Part shown: positions 1 through 12,834 of the stretch, piece after piece
Numbering within the stretch: the first letter of the stretch is position 1
Layout of the letters: every line of letters starts with the position of its first letter
Assembly: GCA_030390025.1 (NCBI GenBank)
Contig: CM059427.1
Coordinates: 208,196,001-208,260,000 of the forward strand
DNA: 64,000 nucleotides
Reading direction: 5' to 3'
Source: Squalus acanthias
Lineage: Eukaryota
Notes under the pieces: generated by a model
Told to the model about the DNA's origin: nothing
Databases searched by the model: none
Seen by the model: the letters and a program-made list of their open reading frames with translations, nothing else
Translations under genes and position numbers: made by a program

Positions 1-536
1 GTGAAAAATTAATTTACTTGAGTCTGTATTAAAGCAAAAGGTCACAATTTATTATTCCGAGCGCTCTGGGAGAAGGATCATCGCCTGCAGTCTCATGTCC
101 AGCTTCTCAATTTAATAATGACAGCCAAACGTCTTTATACACTTCCAGAAGCCAGAAAATACAAACCTCAGCACAGTTATTACCTCATAAGTGTCTTAGG
201 GTCTCTAAAAACAACTTGATTTGAATTTTACACTTTTAGCGAAACGTATCCTTTACTTCTGCTTTTAAGTCAGCCATCTGCGCTGCAAGGTGTCATTCTT
301 ACACCTATTCGAGGTTAATTTATAGAAAAACAATGATTCACATTTTTGTTCTGCAGTGTCTGCATTATCTATACTGCAGCCTAAGCAAGTTGGTCTTTTT
401 CCTAATTATACCCCTGTCTCCATGCCTCTGGAGATATTTTGAGCTTTACTATAGTCCTTTAAGCAGTTCAACTAATCTTAAACATTACAACTTATTTGCC
501 CTTACATTATTACAATTATTTTTTTTAATTCTTACA
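1..536 (-). mobile_element. ERV 3' LTR (runs past window start)
   Basis: Minus strand: purine tract AATAGGAGGGAC (548-537) directly followed by TGTAAGAA; TATA-like TATAAAG near 139 and AATAAA near 54-49; lies downstream of env remnant. Confidence 0.7.
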
Positions 537-1129
537 GTCCCTCCTATTGGTCACTGGCCAAAGCTTGATTTGTCCTGGGGACCATCATACCATGGTTATA
601 ACGGCGGCACACAGTTTCTTATGCTCTGTGGACGAGATCTTTTGACGATTTTATTGTTGATTCACAGTCCAATGTAAATGAGAGCGCGCTCGGGAGAACG
701 AGAGAGAAAGACACCCCGGAAGAAGTTGAGCTGCACAGTCCAGTCACATCACGACTATTGCACTATTCGTACCATTTAGGTTAGGTTCTTCCGCTCCTCT
801 TTCTTTTTTTATTTCTTTATCCTCTGTCCTCCGCCTGACTTGTCATGAACATGTCCTTCTCTTTGAAATATCGATGATCCATTTCTTCCGTGTGTAGACG
901 TATTCCTTGCAGCTGAAAGTTTTTCCCTTCTTCATCTGTTTGTCTGTTTCTTCTTGTGTCATATGCCGCAACCAATGGTTTGTCCCTATTCTACTCTATC
1001 TCTAAAGTTTTACACATGCATTAATTCAAACATTACCCGCTCGTAAGCATTTTCCTTTCTTAGATAAACAGAGATCTATCTTTTATGTTACGATACACCT
1101 GCCCCACTGGTGCGGCTGGAACGACATAT

Positions 1130-1561
1130 TTTGCCATTTGGGCGCAGCACCATTTCAACAATAAAACCAGACCATACATCACTAATATTATAACAAAGAA
1201 CAAAATCAATCCTTGTACTACTGATGTCCCGAGTGATCCCAGTTATCCAGTTGTCCAGCCCCAAAGTGTGGATGCCGGAGGTTGATTTAACTTTTTACTT
1301 CTTCCTATATGTGTTCTGCCTAGTTAGTTATTTCTACTGAGCTGTCTGGTATGTAGGTATAACATTCTGTACCTATTAGGGCACAGGTTCCCCCTTTTTC
1401 TGCCAACACATAGTCAAGGGCCATGTTAATGGATTCCCTTGCCAATTTACCCGTAACACTCTTTTGGCCCGTGGGGGTACTCTAGCCTGAGTTCTCCCGA
1501 GGCTACATATTATGTTTACACAAACAAGCAAACTACACATGATATTGTGTAACACGTTCAT
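1130..1561 (-). pseudogene. env: ERV env remnant (signal peptide joined to TM subunit fragment)
   Basis: MNVLHNIMCSLLVCVNIICSLG signal-like start; from ~1424 MALDYVLAEKGGTCALIGTECYTYIPDSSVEITN* (immunosuppressive-domain end plus CX6CC-like motif, here CX6CY), then a hydrophobic anchor region; most of SU missing. Confidence 0.85.
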
Positions 1562-1665
1562 CTTATCACTTTATGTTAACAATGTCCCAAAGGCCATATC
1601 GCCAACCTAACCACTTTGTTGCTTGTAGATTCTATTTTCCTCTGGGGGTGAATAGAATATTGTTA

Positions 1666-1893
1666 TTAAGCTGGTTCCTCGATCATAATCATTTGGATTC
1701 CCTCCTCCTGCTTTACCGGTTGGAGTTGACAGGACCGTTCCCATACATCTTTCAGGATATGTCCCAAGGTATATCCTATCAAGATAATACATATTATCCA
1801 AACCAGTGTTTGTGTCAGCGTCCATTCCCATTCGTCATATTGTCTAGCATATTCTTCACTTTCTACGAAAGGTACTTGTTCTGGTGTAGCCAT
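1666..1893 (-). CDS. Small single-TM ORF between ERV pol and env (possible accessory protein)
   Basis: 75-aa open ORF with acidic N-terminus and hydrophobic LVWIICIILIGYTLGHIL. Confidence 0.4.
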   Translation of the reverse strand: MATPEQVPFVESEEYARQYDEWEWTLTQTLVWIICIILIGYTLGHILKDVWERSCQLQPVKQEEGIQMIMIEEPA

Positions 1894-1899
1894 TCTTAA

Positions 1900-3170
1900 A
1901 TTGGTGAAGGGTCATAGGCTTTCAGCTGAGTCCAGTTCTTCCATCGTCCCATGCCCTTTATGTTAATGCAAGCACACGTATCCCCACTAATTAAAATCTG
2001 ATATGGTACCGACCATTTTTGGGGCGAACCCGGGTTTTCCTGGTAGATTCTTAACCATTACCTTGGTCCCCGCTGGGGAGATATATGGAAATGTGATCAA
2101 TTCCAAATCTTTATCTCTTTTTTCCTAACTTTCCCGAGTTTGCTGTTTCATTTCTTTTAATTGGCTACTCATTTCCAGGATATATCTGTGGAGTTTATCC
2201 TTTAGGGGACCCACATCTTCTCCTCCAGTCATTATACCATGGGGGAGCTGCATTGCCCTCCCCGTCATTAGTTCACATGGTGATAGGCCCGTGGTTCGAT
2301 TTGGAGTGGCTCTTAGTTTCATTAATACTGTGGGAAGCACATCCACCCACCGTTGCTGTTTTTCCCCCAATGCTTTGGCTACCGCAGTTTTTAAGGTGCT
2401 ATTCATTCTTTCTGCCATTCCAGAACTTTGAGGATGGTTTGGGAGGTGGAATTTCTGTTTTATTGACCCCCTTCCTGTATGGGCGCTTCCTTGATGTAGT
2501 TCTAAATGTATCTGTCTGATGCACGCGGGGGCTATCACCTTTCCATTCTTTCGCCATTTTGCCTCTTCATCTGGTCTAACCCTACTCGGTACCATTCCTG
2601 TCTTTCGTCTTCTGGGGCGTCTGCATGCAATTTACTGATATCTATTTACTCTACCTGTGCACTAGCTACGTTCCCTTCAACGATTTCTTGTTCAAGAGCT
2701 CGCTGTGTTGCTAGATCAGCGGCCTGGTTCCCTTTTTGCTCCTGATTCTGTATCTTCTGGTGCGCTTTGATTTTTATTACTGCAGCTTCTGCTGGGGCTT
2801 TTGTGGCTTCCAAGAGGGCCGCTATTCGCTGCTGGTGTTTTATGTGATCCACTCCGCTCGTCACAAACCCCCTTCTCCCCCAAGCTGTCATATAATCGTG
2901 TACCACTCCGAATGCATATCTACTATCTGTGTAGATGTTTACTGTCTTTCCCCTTGCTAAGTCTAGCGCCTTTGTTAACGCTACTATCTCGGCTCCTTTG
3001 CCGACAAACCGCCGTCTAACCTTCCCGACATTTCTGCCCATCCTGTCCGGGGAGATCCCTCTACATATTTCCTTGACCCGTCTACGTATAGTGTCATCTG
3101 AGCTTCCTCTAGCGGTTCGTCCTGCACGAGGGATTCGTTTAGTTCCCCCTCCGTCTCTGAGAACTAATGC
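1900..3170 (-). pseudogene. pol: ERV pol remnant (RNase H and integrase, internally deleted)
   Basis: AEIVALTKAL...VNIYTDSRYAFGVVH...KIKAH...GNQAAD (RNase H); HPQSSGMAERMNSTLK...LRATPNRTTGLSPCELMTGR (integrase C-terminal core). Confidence 0.92.
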
Positions 3171-6100
3171 TACATACACATGATAACTGATGCTTCATAC
3201 ACATGAGAACTGATGCTACATACACATGATAACTGATGATCATACACATGATAACTGACGCTACATACACATGATAACTGATACTACTTACACATGATAA
3301 CTGATACTACATACACATGATAACTGATAATCATACACATGATAACCGCTACTACATAAACATGATAACTGAAGTTACATACACATGAGAACTGAAGCTA
3401 CATACACATGATTACTGGTGCTACATACACATGATAACTGATACTACATGCACATGATAACTGATGATTCATACACATGATAACCGACGCTACATACACT
3501 TGATAATAGATGCTTCATCCACATGACAACTGATTCTGCATACACATGATAACTGTCGCTACATACACATGAGAACTGATGATGATACACATGCTGACTG
3601 ATACTACTTACACATGATAATTGACTCTACTTACACATGATAACTGATGATCATACACATGATAACTGATGCTAAATACACACGATAACTGATACTACAT
3701 ACACATGATAACTGATACTACATACACATGATAGCTCATGCTACATACACATGATACCTGATGCTGCATACACATGATAACTGATGCCACATACACATAA
3801 TAACTCATGATCATACACATGATAACTTATTCTTTATACACATGATAACTAATGATTCATACACACAACAACTGATGCTTCATACACATAACAACTGATA
3901 CTACATAAACATGATAAATGATTCTACATACACATGATAACTGATGCTTCCTACACATAATAACTGTTGCTTCATACACATAATAGCTGATGCTATATAC
4001 ACATGATAACTGATGCTACATACACAAGATAACTGACACTTCATACACATATTAACTGATGCTACATACACATGATAACGGATACTACATACACAAGATA
4101 ACTGATGCTACATAAACATGATAAATTATACTACATACACATGATAACTGATGCTACATACACATGATAACTGATGCTACATACACATGATAACTGATGC
4201 TACATACACATGATAATTGATACTTCATACACATAATAACTGATGCTACATACACATGATAACTGAAGCTTCATACACATGATAACTGATGCTTCATACA
4301 CATAATAACTGATGCAACATGCACATGATAACTGATGCTACATAAACATGATAACTGATACTTCATACACAGATGAACTGACGCTACATACACACGATAA
4401 CTGATACTACATACACATGATAACTGATGCTACATACACATGATAACTTATTCTACATACACATGATAACTGATGCTACATACAAATGATTACTGATGCT
4501 ACATACACATGATAACTGATACTACATGCACATGATAACTGACGATTCATACACATGATAACTGACGCTACATAGACATGATAATAGATGCTTCATCCAC
4601 ATGACAACTGATTCTACATACACATGATAACTTATTCTTCATACACATGATAACTAATGATTCATACACATAACAACTGATGCTTCATACACAAAATAAC
4701 TGATACTACATACACATGATAAATGATTCTACATACACATGATAACTGATGCTTCATACACATAATAACTGTTGCTTCATACACATAATAGCTGATGCTA
4801 TATACACATGATAACTGATACTTCATACACATATTAACTGATGCTACATACACATGATAACTGATACTACATACACATGATAACTGATGCTACATAAACA
4901 TGATAAATTATACTACATACACATGATAACTGATGCTACATACACATGATAACTGATGCTACATACACATGATAACTGATGCTAAATACACATGATAATT
5001 GATACTTCATACACATAATAACTGATGCTACATGCACATGATAACTGAAGCTTCATACACATGATAACTGATGCTTCATACACATAATAACTGATGCTAC
5101 ATGCACATGATAACTGATGCTACATAAACATGATAACTGATACTTCATACACATACGAACTGATGCTACATACACACGATAACTGATACTACATACACAT
5201 GATAACTGATGCTACATACACATGATAACTTATTCTACATAGACATGATAACTGATGCTACATACAAATGATTACTGATGCTACATACACATGATAACTG
5301 ATACTACATGCACATGATAACTGATGATTCATACACATGATAACTGACGCTACATACACATGATAATAGATGCTTCATCCTCATGACAACTGATTCTACA
5401 TACAGATGATAACTGTTGCTACATACACATGAGAACTGATGATGATACACATGATGACTGATACTAGTTACACGTAAAAATTGACTCTACATAAACATGA
5501 TAACTGATGATCATACACATAATAACTGATACTACATTCACATGATAGCTGATGCTGCATACACATGATAACTGATGCCACATACACATAATAACTGATG
5601 ATCATGCACATGATAACTGATGCTACATAAACATGATAACTGATACTTCATACACCTACGAACTGATGCTACATACACACGATAACTGATAGTACATACA
5701 CATGATAACTGATGCTACATACACATGATAACTTATTCTACATACACATGATAACTGATGCTACATACAAATGATTACTGATGCTACATACACACGATAA
5801 CTGATACTACATGCACATGATAACTGATGATTCATACACATGATAACTGACGCTACATACACATGATAATAGATGCTTCATCCACATGACAACTGATTCT
5901 ACATACACATGATAACTGTTGCTACATACACATGGGAACTGATGATGATACACATGATGACTGATACTACTTACACATGAAAATTGACTCTACATAAACA
6001 TGATAACTGATGATCATACACATGATAACTGATACAACATTCACATGATACCTGATGCTGCATACACATGATAACTGATGCCACATACACATAATAACTG

Positions 6101-6921
6101 ATGATCATACACATGATAACTGATTCTTCATACACTTGATAACTAATGCTTCATACACATAACAACTGATGCTTCATAAACATAATAACTGATACTCCAT
6201 ACACGTGAAAAATGATTCTACATACACATGATAACTGATGCTTCAGACACATAATAACTGTTGCTTCATACACATAATAACTGATGCTATATACACATGA
6301 TAACTGATGCTACATACACATGATAACTGATACTTCATACACATATTAACTAATGCTACACACACATGATAACTGATACTACATACACATCATAACTGAT
6401 GCTACATAAACATGATACATTATACTACATACACATGATAACTGATGCTACATACACATGATAACTGATGCAACATACACATGATAACTGATCATACATA
6501 CACAAGATAACTGATTCTTCATACACATAATAACTGATGCTAAATGCACATAATAACTGATGCTTCATACACATAACATCTGATGCTACATACACATGAT
6601 AACTGATACTTCATACACATACGAACTGATGCTACATACTCATGATAACTGATACTACATACACATGATAACTTATGCTACATACACATGATAACTTATA
6701 CTACATACACATGATAACTGATGCTGCATACACATGATAACTTATGCTACCTATACATGATAACTGATGCTACATACACAAGATAACTGATGCTACATAC
6801 ACATGATAACTGATGCTCATACACATGATAACTGATGCTTCATACACTTGGTAACTGATGCTACATACACATGATAACTAATGCTACATACACATGAGAA
6901 CTGATGCAACATAAACATGAT
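3165..6921. repeat. 23-bp tandem satellite (ATGATAACTGATGCTACATACAC)n, ~160 copies
   Basis: Directly visible 23-nt periodicity. Confidence 0.98.
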
Positions 6922-9690
6922 ATGGGGATTTATCCACTTTTAACACAGCTAAATCCATTAATACTTCCTCTCTCACTATGTTAATTTCATCTAATATTTC
7001 ACATTCCTCCTCCCTGATAGCAATGTCTGCATCACCCCTCTCCTTTGTGAAAACAGACGCAAAGTATTCATTAAGAACCCAACCGACGTCTCCAGGCTCC
7101 ACACACAGATTACCCTCATGATCTCTAACAGGCCCTACCCTTTCTTTAGATATCCTCATAGTCTTAATATATTTATAAAACATCTTTGCGTTTTCCTTGA
7201 TTTTACTTGCCAATAATTTTTCATTGCTCTCTCTTTGCTTTCCTAATATAGTTTTTAATTGCATCCCTGCACTTTCTGTACTCCTCTAAAGATTCTACAG
7301 TATTTAGCCCTCGGTATCTATCATACGCCTCCCTTTTTTTCTTTATCTACCCTGTATGTCTCTCGACATCCAGGGTGCTCTAGATTTGTTAGTCCCACCT
7401 TTTTTCTTTCATGGCACATATTTGGTCTAAACCCTCCAGATTTCCTCCTTGAATGCTCCCCACTGCTCTGACACTGATTTACCTTCAAGTAGCTATTTCC
7501 AGTCCACTATGACTAAATCCCCTCTGAGCTTAGCAAAACTTGGTTTTCCCCATTTTAGATTTTTTATTCCTGGTCTATCCTTGTCCTTTTAAATAACTAC
7601 CTTAAATCTAACTGAATTATGGTCACTAGCACCAAAATGCTCCCCCAATGATACGCCTTCTACCTGCCCAGCTTCATTCCCGAAAACTCAGTCCAGAACC
7701 GCCCCCTCCCTTGTTGGGCTTGCTACATACTGGCTAAAAAATTTCTCCTGGATGCATTTTAGGAATTCCGCACCCTCTTTACCCTTCAGACTAATATTTT
7801 CCCAGTTAATATTCGGGTAGTTGAAATCCGCTACTAAAAATGCTCTATAATTTTTGGACGCCTCAGAAATTTGTCTTCATATTTGCTCTTCTATCTACGT
7901 CTCACTATTTGGGGGGTCTATAGTCCACTCCCAGCAGTGTGATCGCCCCTTATTGGTTTTTCAATTCGACCCATATGGCCTCGTTTGATGATCCCTCCAG
8001 CATATCATCCCTCCTCACAGCTGTAATAGTTTCTTTAATCAATATCGCAACCATCCCCCCTTCCTTTTTACCTCCCTTTCTATCCCGTCTGAAAATCCTG
8101 TAACCAGGAATGTTGAGCTGTCATACCTGCCACTCTTTCAGCCCCGTCTCTGTGATAGCTATAATATCATAGTCCCAATTATCTACCTATGCCCTCAACT
8201 TATCTGCCTTGTTCGCTATACTCCTTGAATTGAAGTAGAAACCATTTAGTACGGGCAAACCTCCTTGTTGACTATTATCTAGCCCTTGATTCCTCTGTCC
8301 TTCCACTTTACTTTCTAATTTTTTGTTTTCCAATTCCAGTTTTTCTTCCCCACCGACTGACTATATTCTAAGGTTCCCAACCCCTGCCAAGCTAGTTTAA
8401 ACCCTCCCCAACAGCAGTAGCAAACATCCCGCGAGGATATTGGTCCCAGCTCTGTTGAGGTGCAACCCTTCCGGCTTGTACAGGTCCCACCTCCCCCAGA
8501 AATTGTCCCAATGCCTCAGCAATCTAAAGCCCACCCTCCTGCACCATCCTGCCAGCCATGCATTCATTGGCTCTATCCTCCTATTTCTACTCACTAGCAC
8601 GTGGCACGGGGAGTAATCCGGAGATTACTACCTTTGAGGTCCTGTTTTTTAATCTGATTCCTATCTCCCTAAAATCTGCCTGAAGGACCTCATCCCTCTT
8701 TCTACCTGTGTCATTGGTACCGATATAGACCACGACATCTGGCTGTTCACCCTCTCACCCCAGAATTCTCTGCAGTCGTTCGGTGACATGCTTGACCCTG
8801 GCACCAGGGAGGCAACATACCATCCAGGAGTCACGTCTGTGGCCGCAGAAACGCCTGTCTGTGCCGCTCATTATTGAATCCCCTACCTATTGCTCTTCTA
8901 CTATTATACCTCCCCCCTGTGCAGTGGAGCCACCCGTGAGGCCGAGGACTTGGCTCTGACTAAACTCCTCAGAGGGAACCATTTCCCTCACCAGTACTCA
9001 GAATAGAATACCGGATGGAGAGAGAGATGCCCTCCGGGGCCTCCTGCAATTCCTGCCTGGTCGTCTTCTGTCTGGTGGTCACCCACTTGCTCTCTGTCCG
9101 CTCTCTCTTAGGCTGTGGGGTGACCACCTCACTAAACGTGCTGTCCACGTAGTTCTCAGCCTCATGGATGCACCACAGTGACTGCAGTCGCCGCTCAAGC
9201 TCCGTAAACCGTCGATCGAGTCGTTGCAACTGGTGAAACTTACTGCACATGTAGTCATCCATGCAACGCGAAGCGTCCATGACATTCCACATGCCACAGG
9301 ATGCGCACTCTGCTAGACTGAGCTGCCCAGCCATTCCTTTCATCCCTGTATATAACAGACTATTTAAAAGACTGAGTGATAAACTTTGTTTAAAGACTAA
9401 GTACTAACTTAACAGAATAACCTTTAAACTTAAACAAAACACTCACCCACTACTCACCAATCAGCTGCTTCGCTTGTCCAGAAATCAGGCTCCTCCCAGG
9501 GCCGCTCTCGGTGCTGCCGCTGTCGGTGAGTCTGGGCCTCGCTCTCTCTCCCGCTTCTTATACACCCCGTTATTGCTCAGGCTCCTCCCAGGGCCGCTCT
9601 CGCTCTGCCGCTGCCGGTGAGTCTTCCTTCCACTTCCCTCTCGGAGCTTCAGCTCCTCCAAATCTCTAGTGTCTGTATTCATTCACGCAG
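6922..9690 (-). mobile_element. CR1-type LINE 5' half (5'UTR, ORF1 zinc/zipper + SGNH esterase, APE endonuclease, tether); 3' end lost at satellite
   Basis: ECASCGMW...CSKF, GRWDLYKPEGLHLNRAG, IKENAKMFYKYIK...NEYFASVFTKE. Confidence 0.9.
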
Positions 9691-9724
9691 CAAATCTCGC
9701 TCGCCCATTTACCCTGTCAGCTCT

Positions 9725-10045
9725 CAGCTGTGGGTCAGTGGGCAGCACACTTTCCTCTGAGTCAGAAGGTTGTGGGTTCAACTCCCATTCCAGAGACTTT
9801 TGCACGAAAATCTAGGCTGACACTCCAGTGCAGTACTGAGGGAGTGCTGCACTCTCGGAGGTGCATTCTTTCGGATGAGAGTTTAAGCCGAATCCCCGTC
9901 TGCTCTCTCAGGTGGACGTAAAATATCCCACGGTACTATTTTGAAGAAGATCAGGGGCGTTATCCCCGGTGTCCTGACCAATATTTATCCTTCAATCAAC
10001 ATAACAAACAGAATATCTGGTCATTAACACATTGCTGTTTGTGGA
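9725..10045 (+). mobile_element. tRNA-derived DeuSINE (SacSINE1/AmnSINE1-like)
   Basis: A/B-box-like head (GGGTTCAACTCCC) and Deu core GCAGTACTGAGGGAGTGCTGCACT...CTCTCAGGTGGACGTAAAA. Confidence 0.85.
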
Positions 10046-10320
10046 AGACTATTCGACAGGACAGTACGGGAAGGCGAATCGGTGACACTGAATTGTATTC
10101 TTCCAACAACAGATACAAACCCTGAGCTTTTCGGGTACCGGCAGCTCCTGGTCGGGCTCAGATAAAAGCTGAGAGCAGAGGAGAGCTCGGTTCCGCTGAG
10201 AGTTTCTGGGGCGGAGCTGTTAGGTGTCGCCATGTATTACTGCGCTCTGAGACCCACAGCTGAGAGTTTCTGGTGGGGGGAGCTGTTAGGTGGCGCCATG
10301 TATTACTGCGCTCTGAGACC
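10046..10320 (+). pseudogene. TCR alpha/delta-type V pseudogene #1 (5' truncated, internal deletion, duplicated 3' end)
   Basis: RTVREGESVTLNCILPTTDTNPELFGYRQ ... SVPLRVSGAELLGVAMYYCALRP; YYCALR ending is typical of TRAV/TRDV. Confidence 0.8.
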
Positions 10321-10359
10321 CACAGCTGCACAGCTCCGTGTTCGTCCTGTACAAGAAAC
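10321..10359 (+). promoter_or_regulatory. 23-RSS of V #1
   Basis: CACAGCT + exactly 23 nt + ACAAGAAAC. Confidence 0.85.
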
Positions 10360-11169
10360 TGCAGCAAACTGTGTGTAAATAGAACAGTGTGTGGCCGCAC
10401 TTCCCGCCTGTGATGGTCTGACTAGGACAGTTACTGTCAGGACAGAATATCCCCACAGGGCAGCTCCTAACAGCTCTGAATAGAGGAGGAAGATTTTAGA
10501 TTTCATTCACTCTATAATGAGAGATGAACAGGAGGAAACCCCCGCAGGTTTAATTGGCCATCGCATCGTGTAATGTGTGTTCAATTTCAAGTTTCCCCTT
10601 TTCACTGCGCGTGTATTTTTGTTCATTATCACTGCACTTAAACCAGCACAGAAATCTGCAGCTTTGCATAGGTTTTGATTGTATTCAAAGGGCTCGAAAC
10701 AGTCCCTTTTCTGAGCGATTGTTTAATTTCTGTCGGTGTGTGAAGGTTCACCGGGAGCATTGACTTCACTCTCCTGTAATATTGGTGTTTACACTGAGCT
10801 ATCCACTCCGTCGGGTAGATGTCATCTGGTCGCTACTTCCAGTGGCATAGTGAATGCATGCTAAGAGAATGAATGCCGATTCTACTAAACTAGCGGTCTG
10901 AAGAGATTTCCCGCTCTGTTTGGGATGTCGCTACCACAGAGATACCAGAAAACATCTTCACCTTGTGTGTTCCCAGCAGAAGGTTAATCAGAGAGAGACC
11001 AGAGAAAATATTCACCTTGTTTGTCCCAGCAGAAGGTTTATCAAACCCGAGCCCCTGTCACCATTTCCGCCTGATTAGTAACAGTGAGTGATATAAACCG
11101 AACATCATCATCTACATTCAAATACAATTTGTCACTTTGAGACGACTTTCATCTTTCAATTAGAGATCA

Positions 11170-11475
11170 ACATAGAAACATAGAAACATAGAAACTAGGA
11201 GCAGGAGTAGGCCATTCGGCCCGTCGAGCCTGCTCCACCATTCAATACGATCATGGCTGATCATCCAAATCCAGTACCCTGTCCCTGCTTTCTCACACAG
11301 AATCCCCATCGAGCCTGCACCGACACATATCCCACCCTATCCCCGTAACGCCCACGTATTTAATTCCCCCTAACATATCCCATCCTATCCCTATAACCCC
11401 ACATATTTAATCCCCCCCTAACACTAAGGGTAAATTTATCATAGCCAAATCAACCGAACCCGCACATTTTTGGGT
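11170..11475 (-). mobile_element. CR1 3' end fragment plus a second short retroposon tail
   Basis: (CATAGAAA)n tail and GGCCATTCGGCCC stem-loop. Confidence 0.7.
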
Positions 11476-11616
11476 CAATTCGAGATCAAGCTGTCTCTCG
11501 GGTCAATTAGAGGTTAAGCTGTCTCATTCCATTACTATTTCTTTCACTGATCAGCAGAATGTATCTGAAGTGAATGATTCGGTTCTCTACAACAAACACA
11601 TACTTGTGGGTAAGGG

Positions 11617-11626
11617 AGTGACATCA
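11617..11626 (+). promoter_or_regulatory. CRE-like decamer AGTGACATCA upstream of V #2 leader
   Basis: Matches the TCR V promoter decamer consensus, ~95 bp upstream of leader ATG. Confidence 0.6.
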
Positions 11627-11719
11627 GACCCGGCCCAGTCGATGATCTCAGTCCTTTCTATTTGATGTTCTGCGGGTTTCTGAGACACAAAAAGTCCTTA
11701 GAATTCCGGAGCAGCAGCA

Positions 11720-11765
11720 ATGCGGCTCCCCATTCTCGCTGTAGTGAGGATGACATTCATTGTTG
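11720..11765 (+). pseudogene. Leader exon of TCR V #2
   Basis: MRLPILAVVRMTFIV-G followed by phase-1 GTAAG donor; 46 nt is the typical Ig/TCR leader length. Confidence 0.65.
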
Positions 11766-11789
11766 GTAAGAGGTTTCTAACTTTTAAAC

Positions 11790-12400
11790 GGAGTTCATTT
11801 CTGGAAGAATATAATTGAAAACCAGAGAGGTTATGTTAAAAGTGTATGGACCCTTGGTTGGCCAGACTTGGAGGATTGTGCACTGTTCCGGTCTCCAAAT
11901 TATAAGAAAGATATAGGGGCATGTGCGAAGGTACCAAAAAATACAAGGATGTAAGTAGAAGTGAAAATTAAAACTATCAGTAAAGATTAAACAAGCTGGG
12001 GTTCTTTTATTTAGTAAACAGAAGGCTGAGATGTGACAATATAGAAGTCTCTAAAATTATGAAGGGTTTGATAGGATAGACGTAGCGAAGATGTTTTCAC
12101 TTGTGGGGGATTCCAAAACTGAGGGCCAGAAATATAAGATATTCACAAAAAAATCCAATAGAGAATTCAGGTAAAACGTATTAACCAAACGACTGGTGAG
12201 AATGTGGAACTCACTAGCACATGGAGTGTTTGAGGCGAATATCACAGATACATTTAAGGGGAATCTGGATAAGAGCATGAGGGAGAAAGGAATAAAAGTT
12301 ATGCTGTTATCTGAGGCTCGTGTGGAGCATAAACACCGGCACAGACCCGTTGGGCCAAATGAACTATTTCTGTGCTTTAAATTCTATTTAATTTTATGTA
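11790..12400 (+). mobile_element. Old CR1 3' fragment in leader-V intron
   Basis: Degenerate RT C-terminus (RMWNSL) and CR1 tail. Confidence 0.8.
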
Positions 12401-12486
12401 AAACTCACTGTGCCTTTTCACTTACAGTGCGGTTCAGTTTGAACTTTAAATCGATGACTTCCGCTTTCTTTAATTGTGTGTTCCTG

Positions 12487-12795
12487 ATCTGAGCGATGGA
12501 AATTCTGTTACTCAGCGGGAGCCCTCGCTCACACAGACAGAGGGAGAAGATGCCACTTTTACCCGCACCCATCCCGGCGATGGTGTTTACTTGTTCTGCT
12601 ACCGCCAATACCCGGGCAGACAGTCGGAGTATGCAGTGCGGAGGTTATACGGACGGTGGTTCTGAATATCGGGAGGATTTTGCTCAAGGCCGGTTTTCTG
12701 ATACAATCCAGCAGTCAGACAAGTTGTACCGATTGACTATCTCGGGGCTGCGGCTGTCTGACACACACCGCAGGGTATTACTGTGCACAGAGGCT
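12487..12795 (+). pseudogene. TCR alpha/delta-type V pseudogene #2 (frameshifted; first Cys and Trp lost)
   Basis: DGNSVTQREPSLTQTEGEDATFTRT..YLFCYRQYPGRQSEY / EDFAQGRFSDTIQQSDKLYRLTISGLRLSDT / TAGYYCAQR. Confidence 0.88.
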
Positions 12796-12834
12796 CACAG
12801 TAATGGCAAAGAGCTAAAGCCTCGCACAATAATT
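12796..12834 (+). promoter_or_regulatory. 23-RSS of V #2
   Basis: CACAGTA + exactly 23 nt + ACAATAATT. Confidence 0.8.

Noticed and set aside
3165-6921. CRISPR-like regular repeats
   Set aside because: Head-to-tail units without unique spacers, no cas genes, vertebrate context
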